DNA of 64,000 nucleotides from Cyanobacteria bacterium P01_A01_bin.123 (GCA_039815185.1 JBCBZT010000001.1:128001-192000); one strand, 5' to 3'; shown: positions 41,560-54,473, counted from the first letter of the stretch. The notes: a model not told the origin generated them from the sequence alone. Program-made: numbers and translations.

Positions 41560-43197
41560 ATGAGTACCCAACTTAACCCAGAGCGCATTCTCATTTTCGA
41601 TACAACCCTCCGCGATGGGGAGCAGTCCCCTGGAGCGACGTTAAATGTGGACGAGAAGCTGACGATTGCGCGACAGCTGGCTCGACTCGGGGTAGATATT
41701 ATTGAAGCCGGGTTTCCTTTTGCTAGCCCTGGGGATTTTGAGGCGGTGCAAAAGATCGCAGCAACTGTGGGGACAGACAACGGGCCAACTATCTGTGGGT
41801 TAGCGCGAGCAACCCGTCAAGATATTGAAACGGCAGCTAAGGCGCTTAATCCAGCGGCACATTGGCGGATTCACACCTTCATCGCGACTTCTGATATTCA
41901 TATGCAGTACAAGCTGCGCAAAAATCGGCAAGAGGTGCTAGCGATCGCGGCAGAAATGGTGGCTTATGCTAAGTCTTTCACGCCCGATGTGGAGTTTTCC
42001 CCAGAAGATGCGGGCCGCTCTGAACCCGAATTTCTCTACCAGGTGCTTGAACAGGCGATCGCAGCTGGGGCCACGACTATCAACATTCCAGACACGGTGG
42101 GCTACCTGACGCCTGCTGAGTTTGGTCAACTGATTCGGGGTATTAAAGAAAATGTGCCCAACATTGACCAAGCAATCATTTCAGTTCATGGCCACAATGA
42201 TTTAGGGTTAGCTGTCGCCAACTTTTTAGAAGCGGTGAAAAACGGAGCGCGCCAGCTTGAATGCACGATTAATGGCATTGGCGAGCGGGCAGGCAATGCG
42301 GCCTTAGAAGAGCTCGTGATGGCGTTACATGTGCGACGGTCATTCTACAATCCATTTTTGGGGCGATCGCCGGAGTCAGAAACGCCCCTGACCAACATTG
42401 ATACCCGACAAATCTATAAGACATCTCGCTTGGTCTCCAATTTGACGGGGATGCTGGTGCAGCCCAACAAAGCTATTGTCGGAACCAATGCCTTTGCCCA
42501 CGAATCGGGAATTCACCAAGATGGGGTGCTAAAGCACAAGCGCACCTACGAAATTATGGACGCCCAGTCCATTGGCTTGAATGACAATCTGATCGTGTTG
42601 GGCAAGCATTCAGGCCGCAATGCCTTTCGCTCCCGTTTGCGTGAACTGGGTTATGACCTGTCAGAGCAAGACCTGATGCGGGCTTTTGTGCGGTTTAAGG
42701 AGCTGGCTGATAAGAAAAAAGAAATCAGCGATCGCGACTTAGAAGCCATTGTCAACGATGAAACCCTCCAGTCTCCAGAGCATTTTCGCTTAGAACTGGT
42801 GCAGGTTTCCTGTGGCGACCACGCCCGCGCCACTGCGACGGTTACCCTGCGTACTCCTGATGGTCAAGAATTAAGTGATGCTGCCATCGGCACTGGGCCT
42901 GTAGATGCGGTTTATCGCGCGGTCAATCGGGTGGTGGATATTCCTAATCAGCTCATTGAATTTTCGGTACAGTCTGTAACCGCGGGCATTGATGCGATTG
43001 GGGAAGTTACCATTCGCTTGCGTCATGAAGACCGCATTTTCTCCGGCCATGCGGCTAGTACTGACATTGTGGTGGCCTCTACCCAGGCTTACATTAATGC
43101 CCTCAATCGCCTTTATACCTCACTGCAGCAGGGGGGGGCGCTGCATCCTCAGCGGGATCAGACAGAGGCTGCGATCGCGGCGACGGCCCGTATTTGA
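41560..43197 (+). CDS. leuA: 2-isopropylmalate synthase
   Basis: [40 protein letters not shown]. Confidence 0.96.
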   Translation: MSTQLNPERILIFDTTLRDGEQSPGATLNVDEKLTIARQLARLGVDIIEAGFPFASPGDFEAVQKIAATVGTDNGPTICGLARATRQDIETAAKALNPAAHWRIHTFIATSDIHMQYKLRKNRQEVLAIAAEMVAYAKSFTPDVEFSPEDAGRSEPEFLYQVLEQAIAAGATTINIPDTVGYLTPAEFGQLIRGIKENVPNIDQAIISVHGHNDLGLAVANFLEAVKNGARQLECTINGIGERAGNAALEELVMALHVRRSFYNPFLGRSPESETPLTNIDTRQIYKTSRLVSNLTGMLVQPNKAIVGTNAFAHESGIHQDGVLKHKRTYEIMDAQSIGLNDNLIVLGKHSGRNAFRSRLRELGYDLSEQDLMRAFVRFKELADKKKEISDRDLEAIVNDETLQSPEHFRLELVQVSCGDHARATATVTLRTPDGQELSDAAIGTGPVDAVYRAVNRVVDIPNQLIEFSVQSVTAGIDAIGEVTIRLRHEDRIFSGHAASTDIVVASTQAYINALNRLYTSLQQGGALHPQRDQTEAAIAATARI

Positions 43198-43204
43198 GAG
43201 TGGA

Positions 43205-43876
43205 CTACTTAGCCTCGATTAAATAGCCGCAGCGGTGTTCCCCATTCACCAACCAGTGGGTGCGCTTCACCGTGCAGTCAGGTAAGGCCACGGCAAACAT
43301 CTCTAACTCATGGCCACAAACGCTGGGAAAGGTTTCGGCAATGTGAGAAATGGCGCAGTTGTACTCAGTAATGATGTAGCGGAGGCGATCGCTGCCACTA
43401 CCCTCTCCCTCTATATCCCCATCTGCTTCATGCCATTCGGCCATGTAGCCTTCTTGCTTGCGTAGGGCAACTAAAGCATCAACTCGTTCTTCAATGGATC
43501 CTTGGCCCATCTGAGTTCGGTAGTCCAAGGCTTTGCGCTCCCACTGTTTGCGCAAAATGTCGCCGACTTGATCTTTGCCCACGGTTTCGGCCAGGGTATC
43601 GAGCAGCGATAGGGCGAAATCGTCATATTTGGCCGGGAAGTGATCGCGTCCCTTGCGGCTCAGAACATAGAGATAATTAGGACGACCCATGCCTTCCTGT
43701 ACCGCTTGATGTTCGATCAGCGCCTCAGACTCAAGATCTTTTAGGTGCCGACGAATCGCCTGGGGACTCACTCCCAACTGCTCTGCTAAGACTTGAGCGG
43801 TAGACTCGCCGTGCTTGAGCAGATAATGCAGAATATCTTCCTTGGTTGACGGGTGCTGTAACGGGGTCATCGTCAT
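43205..43876 (-). CDS. sufR: Fe-S cluster biosynthesis regulator SufR
   Basis: HTH, GRP, C-x12-C..C..C; divergent from the suf operon. Confidence 0.95.
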   Translation of the reverse strand: MTMTPLQHPSTKEDILHYLLKHGESTAQVLAEQLGVSPQAIRRHLKDLESEALIEHQAVQEGMGRPNYLYVLSRKGRDHFPAKYDDFALSLLDTLAETVGKDQVGDILRKQWERKALDYRTQMGQGSIEERVDALVALRKQEGYMAEWHEADGDIEGEGSGSDRLRYIITEYNCAISHIAETFPSVCGHELEMFAVALPDCTVKRTHWLVNGEHRCGYLIEAK

Positions 43877-43991
43877 TTCTGGAACCTCATGCCGACCTAG
43901 AACTGATATTGGCGAAACACACTGGACTAAATCACAAATCTATGGGTAGCCACAAATCAATTCAATAACTAAATCTATTCTATGACTAAAA

Positions 43992-44045
43992 CAACAAAAA
44001 CGTTGCTAAAGTGTTCTAAGATGACATTAGGCAACATTCGTGTTG
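43992..44045. promoter_or_regulatory. Two SufR operator sites
   Basis: CAAC-N6-GTTG at 43992-44005 and 44032-44045, separated by 26 bp. Confidence 0.85.
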
Positions 44046-44093
44046 TTTAATTATAGAATTATTGGGTCGTGTTGTCCCACCCCCTTTTTGCAA

Positions 44094-44453
44094 ATGACTT
44101 TGAACAAACCTACACAAGCCTCCGACAAGAGCCTGGAACTGATGCGTAACTTTTCCCAGAGCTACGCAAAGCGCACTGGCACTTACTTTTGCTCTGATCC
44201 AGGGGTGACCGCCGTTGTGATTGAAGGGTTGGCCAAGCACAAGGATGATTTGGGTGCACCCCTTTGTCCTTGCCGCCACTATGAAGATAAAGAAGCTGAA
44301 GTCAAAGCAACATTCTGGAACTGCCCCTGTGTGCCGATGCAGGAGCGTAAGGAATGTCACTGTATGTTGTTTTTGACCCCAGACAACCCCTTCGCTGGGG
44401 AAAAGCAAGATATTGGTTTTGAAGAAATTCGCTCAGAGACCAGCAAATATTAA
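44094..44453 (+). CDS. ftrC: Ferredoxin-thioredoxin reductase catalytic subunit
   Basis: CPCRH, CPC, CHC motifs. Confidence 0.95.
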   Translation: MTLNKPTQASDKSLELMRNFSQSYAKRTGTYFCSDPGVTAVVIEGLAKHKDDLGAPLCPCRHYEDKEAEVKATFWNCPCVPMQERKECHCMLFLTPDNPFAGEKQDIGFEEIRSETSKY

Positions 44454-44560
44454 ACTTCTAGATCTTCGTTTTCCCTAAGCTAAAACCCCAAGCTTTCAAA
44501 TTGGATAGGGGTTAGCCCTAATCCGCCCTCAACCTTTAGCTAGTAATTTACTGATCTGCC

Positions 44561-46000
44561 ATGACTTCTAGCGTCCAGACCCTTGTCAGCCAGCCCTATA
44601 AGTATGGTTTCGTGACGGATATTGAATCCGACGCGATCGCCCGTGGGCTTAACGAAGACGTGGTTCGTGCCATCTCTGCGAAGAAGAACGAGCCGGAATT
44701 CATGCTGGAATTTCGCCTCAAAGCCTATCGCAAATGGCTGACCATGGCGGAACCGACTTGGCCCAACGTCAACTATCCGCCAATCGACTACCAAAATATC
44801 GTCTATTACTCTGCGCCCAAGCAGGCAAAAGAGAAGCTCGGTAGCCTTGATCAGGTTGATCCGACACTGCTCGATACCTTCGAGAAATTGGGTATCCCTC
44901 TATCTGAGCAGAAGCGCTTAGCTAACGTGGCTGTCGATGCTATCTTCGACAGCGTATCTGTAGCAACGACTTTTAAGGACAAGCTGGCAGAAGAAGGCGT
45001 TATCTTTTGCTCCATTTCTGAGGCCTTGCAAGAGCACGCGGAATTAGTGCAAAAGTACCTGGGTAGCGTGGTGCCGATTGGAGATAACTACTTTGCCGCA
45101 CTCAACTCAGCGGTATTTAGCGATGGATCCTTCGTGTACATCCCCAAAAACACGAAATGTCCGATGGATCTTTCCACCTACTTCCGCATTAACAATGGCG
45201 ACTCGGGCCAGTTTGAGCGGACGCTGATTGTGGCCGAAGAGGGCAGCTCAGTCACGTATCTAGAAGGATGCACTGCGCCGATGTACGATAGCAATCAGCT
45301 CCACGCCGCCATTGTGGAATTGGTTGCCCTCGACAACGCTGAAATTAAATACTCCACGGTGCAAAACTGGTTTGCGGGTGATGAGAATGGCAAAGGCGGT
45401 ATCTACAACTTTGTCACCAAGCGCGGTTTGTGCGCTGGTAAAAACTCGAAGATTTCCTGGACTCAAGTAGAAACTGGATCGGCAATCACCTGGAAATATC
45501 CGAGTTGTGTCCTCGTTGGGGATAACGCCGTCGGTGAGTTTTACTCCGTGGCGCTGACGAATAATCGCCAACAGGCTGACACCGGTACCAAGATGGTACA
45601 CGTGGGCAAAAATACCCGCAGCACCATTATTTCCAAAGGCATCTCCGCAGGTCACTCTAAAAATAGCTATCGCGGGTTGGTGAAAATTGGCCCCAAAGCT
45701 GATGGTGCCCGCAACTATTCCCAGTGCGACTCGATGTTGCTGGGGGATGAGTCTAACGCCAATACCTTCCCCTACATTCAGGTGCAAAACAGCACCGGGA
45801 AGGTTGAGCATGAAGCCTCGACGTCCAAAATTGGCGAAGACCAACTGTTCTATTTTGCCCAGCGGGGTATTTCCAACGAAGATGCCATCTCCATGTTGAT
45901 CAGCGGTTTCTGTCGAGAAGTGTTCAACGAACTGCCGATGGAATTTGCAGCTGAAGCCGACAAGCTGATGGCTCTGAAGCTGGAAAATAGCGTTGGCTAA
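44561..46000 (+). CDS. sufB: Fe-S assembly protein SufB
   Basis: [32 protein letters not shown]. Confidence 0.97.
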   Translation: MTSSVQTLVSQPYKYGFVTDIESDAIARGLNEDVVRAISAKKNEPEFMLEFRLKAYRKWLTMAEPTWPNVNYPPIDYQNIVYYSAPKQAKEKLGSLDQVDPTLLDTFEKLGIPLSEQKRLANVAVDAIFDSVSVATTFKDKLAEEGVIFCSISEALQEHAELVQKYLGSVVPIGDNYFAALNSAVFSDGSFVYIPKNTKCPMDLSTYFRINNGDSGQFERTLIVAEEGSSVTYLEGCTAPMYDSNQLHAAIVELVALDNAEIKYSTVQNWFAGDENGKGGIYNFVTKRGLCAGKNSKISWTQVETGSAITWKYPSCVLVGDNAVGEFYSVALTNNRQQADTGTKMVHVGKNTRSTIISKGISAGHSKNSYRGLVKIGPKADGARNYSQCDSMLLGDESNANTFPYIQVQNSTGKVEHEASTSKIGEDQLFYFAQRGISNEDAISMLISGFCREVFNELPMEFAAEADKLMALKLENSVG

Positions 46001-46043
46001 CAGATGTTCTTGATAAATGCAAGTTTTTAACTAGGTCTTGACG

Positions 46044-46826
46044 ATGATTAACGACAGTGCCGATGTCATTCTTTCGGTTAAAAATCTCCACGCCACCGTC
46101 GAAGGCACCGAGATTCTCAAGGGATTGAACCTAGAGGTAAAAGCTGGCGAAATTCACGCCATTATGGGCCTCAATGGTTCGGGCAAAAGCACCTTCTCCA
46201 AAGTATTGGCGGGTCATCCTGACTATCAGGTGACCGCTGGTGACGTCATTTTCCGGGGACAAAATCTGCTGGATAGTGAACCCCATGAACGGGCGATCGC
46301 AGGCATATTCCTAGCTTTTCAATATCCCCTAGAAATTCCGGGTGTGACCAACCGCGACTTTTTGCGGGTTGCTTACAATGCCCATCGCAAGGCCCAAGGG
46401 GAGGAAGAGATTGATGTCTTTGACTTCGATGACCTGATCGAAGAAAAGCTGGACGTGGTGAAAATGGACGGCAGCTTTCTAGATCGCAGCGTCAACGAAG
46501 GGTTCTCAGGGGGTGAAAAGAAGCGCAATGAGATTCTGCAGATGGCATTGCTCGATCCCACTCTGTCTATCTTGGATGAAACTGATTCAGGACTCGACAT
46601 TGATGCCCTCAAAACCGTCGCTAACGGCGTTAACCAGTTGGCCAACGAAGGCAACGCCATGCTGGTGATTACCCATTATCAGCGGTTGTTGAACTACATC
46701 GTGCCTGACTACGTTCACGTCATGGCCGACGGACAAATTATTCGCACAGGCACTAAAGACTTGGCTATAGAACTAGAGACACGCGGCTATGAGTGGTTGG
46801 TCGAACCAGCTCAGGCAGCGGTTTAG
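46044..46826 (+). CDS. sufC: Fe-S assembly ATPase SufC
   Basis: [29 protein letters not shown]. Confidence 0.97.
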   Translation: MINDSADVILSVKNLHATVEGTEILKGLNLEVKAGEIHAIMGLNGSGKSTFSKVLAGHPDYQVTAGDVIFRGQNLLDSEPHERAIAGIFLAFQYPLEIPGVTNRDFLRVAYNAHRKAQGEEEIDVFDFDDLIEEKLDVVKMDGSFLDRSVNEGFSGGEKKRNEILQMALLDPTLSILDETDSGLDIDALKTVANGVNQLANEGNAMLVITHYQRLLNYIVPDYVHVMADGQIIRTGTKDLAIELETRGYEWLVEPAQAAV

Positions 46827-46860
46827 GGGAAACAGCAGCGGAGTAATCAATTCAGTGATC

Positions 46861-48183
46861 ATGCAAACCCAGGCGACAACCAGCCGAGATGCTTATCTAA
46901 ATGCCCTGCTTGAGCAGGGGGGAGCCCAGCCCTCAATGGGCCTCAACCTGAACAATCTGCGATCGGCAGCCCAGGCTTTGGTGAAAGAGCAAACCTTTCC
47001 CTCCACTCGTGATGAAGAGTGGCGTTTTACCGATCTCTCAGTCCTGATGGGCATGGACTTTCAGACGGCTGAAGCAGTTTCGCCGACGGTTAGTCCGCTA
47101 GATTTGTCTGGGTTATTACTGCCCGTAGATTTAGCTGAGCGTCGGCTGGTATTTATCAACGGGATATTTGCGGCTGAGTTATCTTCTCTGACGGCACTGC
47201 CTGAAACCATAACCGTTAGCAATTTGGCAGCGCTTTACGCTGATCCTGATTGGCAACCTAAGCTCGATGCCAGGCTAGCCCAACTTCCAGGTCATCACGA
47301 AGTCTTTACGGCGCTGAATACCGCCAGCTTTGCTGATGTAGCTGTGGTTTGGGTGCCGCGCAATGTCGAAGTTGACCAGCCGATTCATCTGGTGCATATC
47401 GCCTTGCCCGGTTCGGCCCTCACCCTGACTCACCCCCGTTGCTTGATTGTGGCAGAGGCCAACAGCGCCCTTACTTTAATAGAAGAATTTAGTGGTGTGG
47501 GTGCAGACGACTATCTCACCAACAGCGTTACTGAAATTTGGCTAGATGATGCAGCCCAGGTGAATCACACGCGACTCCAGCAAGAACAAGGCGGGGCATT
47601 TCACATTGGTAAAACGGCGGTGTCCCAAGCCCGTGATAGTCGGTACGTTTGCAACGCAATCAGTCTGGGCGCAGGGTTGTCTCGCCACAACTTAGAGATC
47701 TATCAAACTGGAGCGCAAACCGATACGCGGTTGTATGGTTTGAGCGCGATCGCAGGCAACCAGCATAGCGACACACACAGCGCCATCAACCTGAGTCATC
47801 CCCACGGCACTGCTGAGCAAATTCACAAATGTATTGTGGATGATCGGGCCCATGCTGTTTTTAACGGCAAAGTATTTGTGCCTAGAGAAGCTCAACTGAC
47901 GAATGCCAGCCAGCTCAATCGCAATCTGCTGCTGTCAGACAAGGCCCGCGTGGATACTAAACCCCAGCTTGAAATCATTGCTGACAACGTTAAATGCGCC
48001 CATGGTGCAACGGTTAGTCAGCTCGAAGCTGATGAAATCTTTTATCTGCAAAGTCGCGGGATTAGCGCGGCGGAAGCCCAGCACCTCTTGCTCTATGGTT
48101 TTGCCATGGAAGTGGTTGAAAAAATTCCGATCCCATCCATTCGGGATGCTTTGACCACCCAGGTTACTCAGTTGGCTTCATAG
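46861..48183 (+). CDS. sufD: Fe-S assembly protein SufD
   Basis: [29 protein letters not shown]. Confidence 0.95.
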   Translation: MQTQATTSRDAYLNALLEQGGAQPSMGLNLNNLRSAAQALVKEQTFPSTRDEEWRFTDLSVLMGMDFQTAEAVSPTVSPLDLSGLLLPVDLAERRLVFINGIFAAELSSLTALPETITVSNLAALYADPDWQPKLDARLAQLPGHHEVFTALNTASFADVAVVWVPRNVEVDQPIHLVHIALPGSALTLTHPRCLIVAEANSALTLIEEFSGVGADDYLTNSVTEIWLDDAAQVNHTRLQQEQGGAFHIGKTAVSQARDSRYVCNAISLGAGLSRHNLEIYQTGAQTDTRLYGLSAIAGNQHSDTHSAINLSHPHGTAEQIHKCIVDDRAHAVFNGKVFVPREAQLTNASQLNRNLLLSDKARVDTKPQLEIIADNVKCAHGATVSQLEADEIFYLQSRGISAAEAQHLLLYGFAMEVVEKIPIPSIRDALTTQVTQLAS

Positions 48184-48224
48184 TTTATCTGTTACGCTGC
48201 TACTCAACACACAACCCGTCCCCT

Positions 48225-49493
48225 ATGACTGTCGCCCAAGCCCGCACCCTCGCTCAAACCGTCCGCGTTGATTTCCCCATTTTGCATCAAGACGTGGGAG
48301 GTCATCCGCTGGTGTATTTCGACAGCGCCGCAACTTCTCAAAAACCCAAGGCGGTGCTAGATGCCTTGCAGCACTACTACGAATTTGACAACGCCAATGT
48401 GCATCGGGGAATCCATGCTTTGAGTGCGCGGGCTACGGAAGCCTATGAAGCCACGCGGGATAAAGTGGCCGCATTCATCGGGGCGGCGTCACGCAACGAG
48501 ATTGTCTTTACTCGCAATGCCAGTGAGGCGATTAATCTGGTGGCCTATGCCTGGGGTATGAACACCCTGAAATCCGGGGACGAAATCATCCTCAGTGTGA
48601 TGGAACACCATAGCAACCTGGTGCCTTGGCAGCTCGTTGCCCAGCGGACTGGGGCGGTGCTCAAGTTTGTGGGTCTGACTGAAACCCAAGAATTTGACTT
48701 TGCCCAATATCAGCGGTTGCTTTCAGATCAAACGAAGCTGGTGGCGATTAACCATGTGTCGAATACTTTGGGGTGTATCAACCCCGTCGAAGAGGTCATT
48801 TCCCTCGCCCATCACCACGGCGCTAAGGTACTGATCGATGCTTGCCAAAGCGTGCCTCATATGGCCCTTGACGTGCAGCAAATGGACTGTGACTGGCTAG
48901 TCGCTTCAGGGCATAAAATGTGTGCTCCAACGGGGATTGGTTTTCTCTACGGCAAGCTGGATCTACTCCAGGCCATGCCCCCGTTTCTAGGCGGTGGGGA
49001 GATGATTGCTGAGGTATCCCTAGAGCAGTCCACCTACGCTGAGTTGCCCCACAAGTTTGAAGCAGGCACTCCGGCCATTGGCGAAGCGATCGCGCTGGGG
49101 GCTGCGATCGATTATTTGATGGGTATCGGTATGGAGGCAATTGCAGACTACGAGCACGAACTCACAGCTTACCTGTATCAAGAACTCAATAAAATTTCCA
49201 AGGTAACGCTCTATGGCCCCCAACCCAAGGCCGATGGTAGTGGGCGAGCTTCTATTGCAACCTTCACCGTAGACGGCGTCCATGCCCAAGACCTGTCCAC
49301 CTGGATTGATCAGTCTGGGGTTGCGATTCGCTCGGGTCACCACTGCACCCAGCCACTCCACAAGTATCTAGGCGTCTCGTCCACGGCACGAGCCAGCCTG
49401 TATTTTTACAACACTCGCCAAGAAATTGATGTATTCATCACGGCACTCAAGGAGACGATTGAGTTCTTTAGCAGTGTGTTTGAAGAGGCATGA
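48225..49493 (+). CDS. sufS: Cysteine desulfurase SufS
   Basis: [25 protein letters not shown]. Confidence 0.97.
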   Translation: MTVAQARTLAQTVRVDFPILHQDVGGHPLVYFDSAATSQKPKAVLDALQHYYEFDNANVHRGIHALSARATEAYEATRDKVAAFIGAASRNEIVFTRNASEAINLVAYAWGMNTLKSGDEIILSVMEHHSNLVPWQLVAQRTGAVLKFVGLTETQEFDFAQYQRLLSDQTKLVAINHVSNTLGCINPVEEVISLAHHHGAKVLIDACQSVPHMALDVQQMDCDWLVASGHKMCAPTGIGFLYGKLDLLQAMPPFLGGGEMIAEVSLEQSTYAELPHKFEAGTPAIGEAIALGAAIDYLMGIGMEAIADYEHELTAYLYQELNKISKVTLYGPQPKADGSGRASIATFTVDGVHAQDLSTWIDQSGVAIRSGHHCTQPLHKYLGVSSTARASLYFYNTRQEIDVFITALKETIEFFSSVFEEA

Positions 49494-49966
49494 TACCCGC
49501 CTGGTTAGCGATTGCATTGGTGGCAGTTCTAACCACGACTGCCCTCAGTAGTCTTACCCCAAAGCGGGGCGCAGGCTGGTTCCGCCGTCTACGTCGTCCG
49601 GAATGGCTCACCTTTGAAGGGCTGATTCCCCTAATTTGGATCACAATTTTCACCTGTGGTGGCTGGTCGGCCTACATCATTTGGAATTATGCCCCTGGGA
49701 ATCAAACAACCTGGTGGATGATGGGCGTATATTTTTTGCTGGAGTTGGTTACGTTGACCTATACGCCAGTGATGTTGACCCTGCGGCGGTTGCGGGTGGG
49801 GATGGTGATTGGAGCAACTGGGTTCGCGATCGCCCTGGCCCTGGCGATTTGGATTGCGCCACGATCGACCCCAGCGTTGCTGCTGTTGTTGCCCTACCTA
49901 CTGTGGAGCCCGGTTGGAACCTATGTAACTTGGGTGATGATGGGGTTGAATCCGGCTGATGCGTAA
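49490..49966 (+). CDS. tspO: TspO/MBR family protein
   Basis: [19 protein letters not shown] overlap with sufS. Confidence 0.85.
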   Translation: MIPAWLAIALVAVLTTTALSSLTPKRGAGWFRRLRRPEWLTFEGLIPLIWITIFTCGGWSAYIIWNYAPGNQTTWWMMGVYFLLELVTLTYTPVMLTLRRLRVGMVIGATGFAIALALAIWIAPRSTPALLLLLPYLLWSPVGTYVTWVMMGLNPADA

Positions 49967-50033
49967 GGATGTTTGCAAAATGGCCGCAGGCGCGATCGCA
50001 AGCTAGAAAAAACACACATCTTACAATCCGCCT

Positions 50034-51005
50034 GGCATCGATATCAGCAAATCTACCTTTCACGTCGCCTTACTCAAAGGCGAGAAACAATCCAAGTATC
50101 AGCAATTTACCAACGACAGCCAAGGTTTTACTAAGTTGAGTCAGTGGCTGGGGCAGCAAGGCATTGAGCAAGTTCATGGTTGTCTGGAAGCCACCAGCAT
50201 CTACGGTCACGCCCTCGCCCTCTATCTGCATCAGCAAGGCCACCGGGTCAGCATTATCAATCCGATGCGCATCAAAGGCTATGCCAAAAGCCGCTGGCTC
50301 GCACTAAGAGCGACCGGGCCGATGCCAAGCTGATTGCTCAATTCTGCCGAGACCTGAAACCAGCGCCGTGGCAACCGTCTGAAGCAGAAGTGGCCAGCTT
50401 ACAAGCCTGTACCCGTCGCCTCGATGCCCTAGAGCAAATGCTCACCCAAGCAAAGAATCGACTCAAAATTACCCCCAAGGCCTTGAAAGCTGACATTGAA
50501 GCCCACATCCAGTTTTTACAAACGCAGGTGAAGACGGTAAAAAAGCGATTGCTCGAACATATTCAAGCCCATGATTCGCTCCAGGGGCAACACCAATTGC
50601 TCACCACCATTGTTGGGGTCGGCGACAGCACTGCGGTTGGCTGAAATTGGCTCCACCAATCACTTTGCTTCAGCCAGACAACTGGCGGCTTTTGCTGGAC
50701 TGACGCCCCAGGAGCAACTGTCGGGAACCTCCGTTTGCGGGAAGACGCGCTTGTGCAAGATTGGCAATCGGCGGTTGAGAAAGGCGCTTTACTTCCCGGC
50801 GTTGAACTTAATGCGTCGTTGTCCCCAGGCGCAAGTTTTTCGCGAGCGGCTTTTGGCAGCGGGTAAACCCAAGATGCAAGTGGTTGGTGCAATGATGCAC
50901 AAGCTGATTCGCATTATTTATAGTGTGCTTAAATCTGGCCAACCGTTTGACCCCGATAAATTGCTTCTGGCTGCACCTTGACAGCCTCATTTCAAAACAG
51001 TATCT
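50034..51005 (+). mobile_element. IS110-family element remnant (5'-truncated, frameshifted transposase)
   Basis: GIDISK, LEATS, KSDRADA (DEDD domain); FAGL.P...SG, GNRRLRKAL (Tnp domain); two frameshifts; right end ttgac...cagtatct. Confidence 0.9.
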
Positions 51006-51243
51006 ACGAGACGAGCGATCGCACTAGACCGCAATAATTCTCATCCAGTTACCCAAAAGGGTACTGCTAATCCTACTAGCTGTATTCCATACTTTAATCA
51101 AGCATATTAACTAGTATTCAATCGATAGAATTCTAGTAAAATCTCTATTTTCTGGCCTTTCTCAGATATTTGTCTAGAAAATTTTAACCCGTCGAAATTG
51201 AGTATTAAGATGCCATAAATCACATACAAAGGAGTTAAAAATC

Positions 51244-54075
51244 ATGGAAGAATTATATCGTTATCTGATGATGCGATCTGCTGAATCTATAGAACCTGAA
51301 CCAAATGACGACGTTATTGATTTATCATCTGAAAACAATCTATATGTGTCCCTGAGTGATACCAAAAACCAAGAAGAACGTAGCAGTCTGGCTAGAAACT
51401 TCATCAATTCTCGAAGGTTTGTCCACAACGAGAACCAGATTCCCTATGGTTCAGGTTTTTCTAAAATAGCTGATCATTTCCGTAGCACATCTATTGCAGA
51501 TGAGGTTTCTGCAAGTAAGACCCTGGACACTATTATAGATATTCTTGAGGCTTCTGATCCAGATTTTGTCGTTCCAAGGGATACACAAGATGCTCAAAGA
51601 ACTTGGCTAAGAAGATTCGTAAGTGAAGTCTCATGGGTAGATGCAGAAAATCGTCTTCACCAGAGTATACTTGCTATTCGAGAATCAAATTTGCAGATTC
51701 GAAAACTAGAAAAGCTAGTAGATATAACGCGAGCAATGCAATTGCTCAAAATATTAGCGTCAAAGGAGAATGACACTATCCGTCCAGGAGCTATCTTGAA
51801 GGCATCTTTCTATTTGCCTGATATTCGGGAAAGTGCATCAGCGAATGAACCGACTGAAAATGATGTAGTAGAGCCAGATTCTGAACTCGTTACAAAGCGA
51901 GAAGATTTCATAAATGTATCAAAAGCCCTAGATGAATTACTCAATGTCCCACTAACAAGATTAGAGGTTAAAGAGTCACAGGAACAAGTGGCCTCTGATG
52001 ATAATTCAGAATCAGATGGAACAATTAGAACGCGAGTCTCTAGAAAAGTGACACTTGGTCGAACATACGACCGACTCTCTCAAAATACAAAAGCTGTCTT
52101 GGGTAACCTTTCACTCGATGGCAGAGTAGAATCATTAGATGAGATTGTAGATATTATTCGTAGTCATCAACAAAAAAACACTACAGCGCTCTACACTCGC
52201 TCTCGTAGGTTTGTTAGTGGTACGGCCTTAAGCAAGGCCAAAATAACTGCTACTGACTTTCTTAAAGGATTGCTAATTACAGAACTGCCAGCATTGACTT
52301 TGATAGATGCACCCAAAACAACTGGCGATGTTTCACCAGTTGGTGTTGGGGATCTAATGCTCGTCAAGCAGCACCTTAAAAGATACGAAGGTGGTGATAT
52401 TGCCCATGTTGAAAATATTTTGAAAGGGGAATCAAAAGAGCGAGAGCATCGACGGCGACGATTATCAGAAACAACTTTTATTAGTGAGTCCGAAACAGAA
52501 ATTTCTGAAGAACGGGAAACTCAGACAACTAGCCGCTTTGAGATGAGGCTAGAGGCACAGAAGCAGATGCAGCAAGAGTTTGGGACTGAAGCAGGAGTAA
52601 AAATAAATGCTAGCTATGGTCCTACAGTTGAAATGGAGGCAAACACTCAGTTTGCGTATAAAAATGCCAAGTCAGAGTCTCAGAGTCGTGCTGTGTCCAT
52701 GTCTAAAGAACTGGTTGAGAAAGCAGCAACAAAATATCGTGAAAAGCTGCGTGAACAGGTAACTCGTCGACTAGTTGAGGAAGTAGAAGAGTTCAATCGT
52801 CATGCTCTAGATGCAACAGATGCTGATCAGCATGTTGTTGGTATGTACCAGTGGTTGAATAAAATTTACGAGGCTCAAGTCTACAACTATGGAAAACGAG
52901 TCATGTATGAGTTCATGGTGCCCGAACCGGCAGCTCATTACATCTGGTCATTAAGCCAAAAAGCAGACTTGACAGAAGGATTGAAGGTGCCTCCTCCTTT
53001 TAGTGTATCGGCTGAAAATATCTATGAATGGAATTATCAAGCACTCGCTTCCTTCTATAAGGCAACAGATGTAGAACCGCCCCCTGAACCCTACATTACA
53101 GTTGTAATGAAAAAGTCAGGAGGCCCAAATCCTCAAGATAGTCAGTTTATTGACCTTGATACTGCCACAATTCCTGAAGGTTATGAGTATGTAGATCACG
53201 TAGCGGAACATTTGTTAACCTGGAAGACTCACAAGCCACAATTGGCTATTGCCGTCTCAGATGTTTATAAGAATCCTGGTCAGGTAGCTGTAATTTTTTC
53301 TGGCAATGGTATAACTGGTTGGACGGCATATGTACAACTTAAGTGCAGACGCACCAAAACTGCTTTTGAGCGCTGGCGTAACAAAGTTTGGGATGCCTTA
53401 CATCAAGGTCATCTACAGCAAGTTGCCACCTATGAAGAAAAGCTAGCTGCATTGACAGCTCAAGCAGGTGTGCAAATTCAAGGACGCAATCCCCACTCTA
53501 ATCGACGCATCGAGCAAACGGAACTGAAAAAATCTTGCCTTACTCTAATAACGGGTACTCATCCAAATTGGGCAGGGGGTACGGTGGATACAAAGTCTGG
53601 TCCAGTAATAAAACCATCAGTTGTGAACAGCCACGGCCCATATGTTCGATTTATGGAGCAAGCCTTTGAATGGGAAAACATGACTTATGTGTTTTATCCT
53701 TACTTCTGGGCACGGGCATCTCAGTGGCAGAGTTTGTTAGAAATCGAAGATATTGATCCAGGATTCCAGGAGTTCTTAACTTCGGGGTATGCCCGAGTTG
53801 TGGCTCCTGTGCGCCCAGGGTTTGAAAAGGCGGTCGAGCATTTTAGGCAAACGGGTCAAGTATGGTCAGGTGGTCAGTTGCCTGCTATTACGGATCCTGA
53901 TTATCTGCCTATCTGGGAAGAAATCAAAGCAAGACTAGATGCTCCTGGGGAAGAAGAACCTGTGGGTGAACCGTGGGAGGTGCTTGTACCGACACAACTT
54001 GTCAAGTTGCGCAACACCGATGATCTACCCCAGTGGGAAAAGCTACAAGATGGAACTTGGAAGGAAGTTCAATAA
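51244..54075 (+). CDS. Large uncharacterised protein (possible pore-forming/translocation component)
   Basis: 943-aa AT-rich ORF with AAGGAG RBS; core VGDLMLVKQ..YEGGDIAHVENILKGE..REHRR, S/T/E-rich segment, YQWLNKIYEAQVYNYG, QAFEWENM.Y.FYPYFW; function is inferred only. Confidence 0.75.
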   Translation: MEELYRYLMMRSAESIEPEPNDDVIDLSSENNLYVSLSDTKNQEERSSLARNFINSRRFVHNENQIPYGSGFSKIADHFRSTSIADEVSASKTLDTIIDILEASDPDFVVPRDTQDAQRTWLRRFVSEVSWVDAENRLHQSILAIRESNLQIRKLEKLVDITRAMQLLKILASKENDTIRPGAILKASFYLPDIRESASANEPTENDVVEPDSELVTKREDFINVSKALDELLNVPLTRLEVKESQEQVASDDNSESDGTIRTRVSRKVTLGRTYDRLSQNTKAVLGNLSLDGRVESLDEIVDIIRSHQQKNTTALYTRSRRFVSGTALSKAKITATDFLKGLLITELPALTLIDAPKTTGDVSPVGVGDLMLVKQHLKRYEGGDIAHVENILKGESKEREHRRRRLSETTFISESETEISEERETQTTSRFEMRLEAQKQMQQEFGTEAGVKINASYGPTVEMEANTQFAYKNAKSESQSRAVSMSKELVEKAATKYREKLREQVTRRLVEEVEEFNRHALDATDADQHVVGMYQWLNKIYEAQVYNYGKRVMYEFMVPEPAAHYIWSLSQKADLTEGLKVPPPFSVSAENIYEWNYQALASFYKATDVEPPPEPYITVVMKKSGGPNPQDSQFIDLDTATIPEGYEYVDHVAEHLLTWKTHKPQLAIAVSDVYKNPGQVAVIFSGNGITGWTAYVQLKCRRTKTAFERWRNKVWDALHQGHLQQVATYEEKLAALTAQAGVQIQGRNPHSNRRIEQTELKKSCLTLITGTHPNWAGGTVDTKSGPVIKPSVVNSHGPYVRFMEQAFEWENMTYVFYPYFWARASQWQSLLEIEDIDPGFQEFLTSGYARVVAPVRPGFEKAVEHFRQTGQVWSGGQLPAITDPDYLPIWEEIKARLDAPGEEEPVGEPWEVLVPTQLVKLRNTDDLPQWEKLQDGTWKEVQ

Positions 54076-54257
54076 CAGGTAGTCCTTATTCAGCCCAATA
54101 AATAGCGATTAAGCATAAATAAAACTCACTCTAAAAACACATAAGAGTCCGTCTTTTATATTCAGTTTTAAGGGTTTGTAGAAAGTGCTAAATCCCTGGC
54201 TTATCCCCCTACTAGCTAGCTAGTTTGTATTTCAAGTAGATAGACCTTACTCCTAGA

Positions 54258-54293
54258 ACAGGATATATAGAAAGTACGTTTTATATATCCTGT
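54258..54293. other. Inverted repeat between the two island genes
   Basis: acaggatatata-N12-tatatatcctgt. Confidence 0.6.
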
Positions 54294-54473
54294 CTGCTCT
54301 TTTCTAATTTGACCTATAAACAGAAAACCTGTGTTCATTAAGTCTTCCAATCTAAATTACTTCCTAGGTTATGCATTTGAAATTTCAAGAAATTTCTTAG
54401 AAAAAAATTCTAGATTTTAGAACTTGTGTAAGAATTTTCAGGATATTTTATCTTCTATGAGAGGTGACCAGGT

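Noticed and set aside
45260..45844. 194-aa minus-strand ORF
   Set aside because: Antisense shadow of sufB
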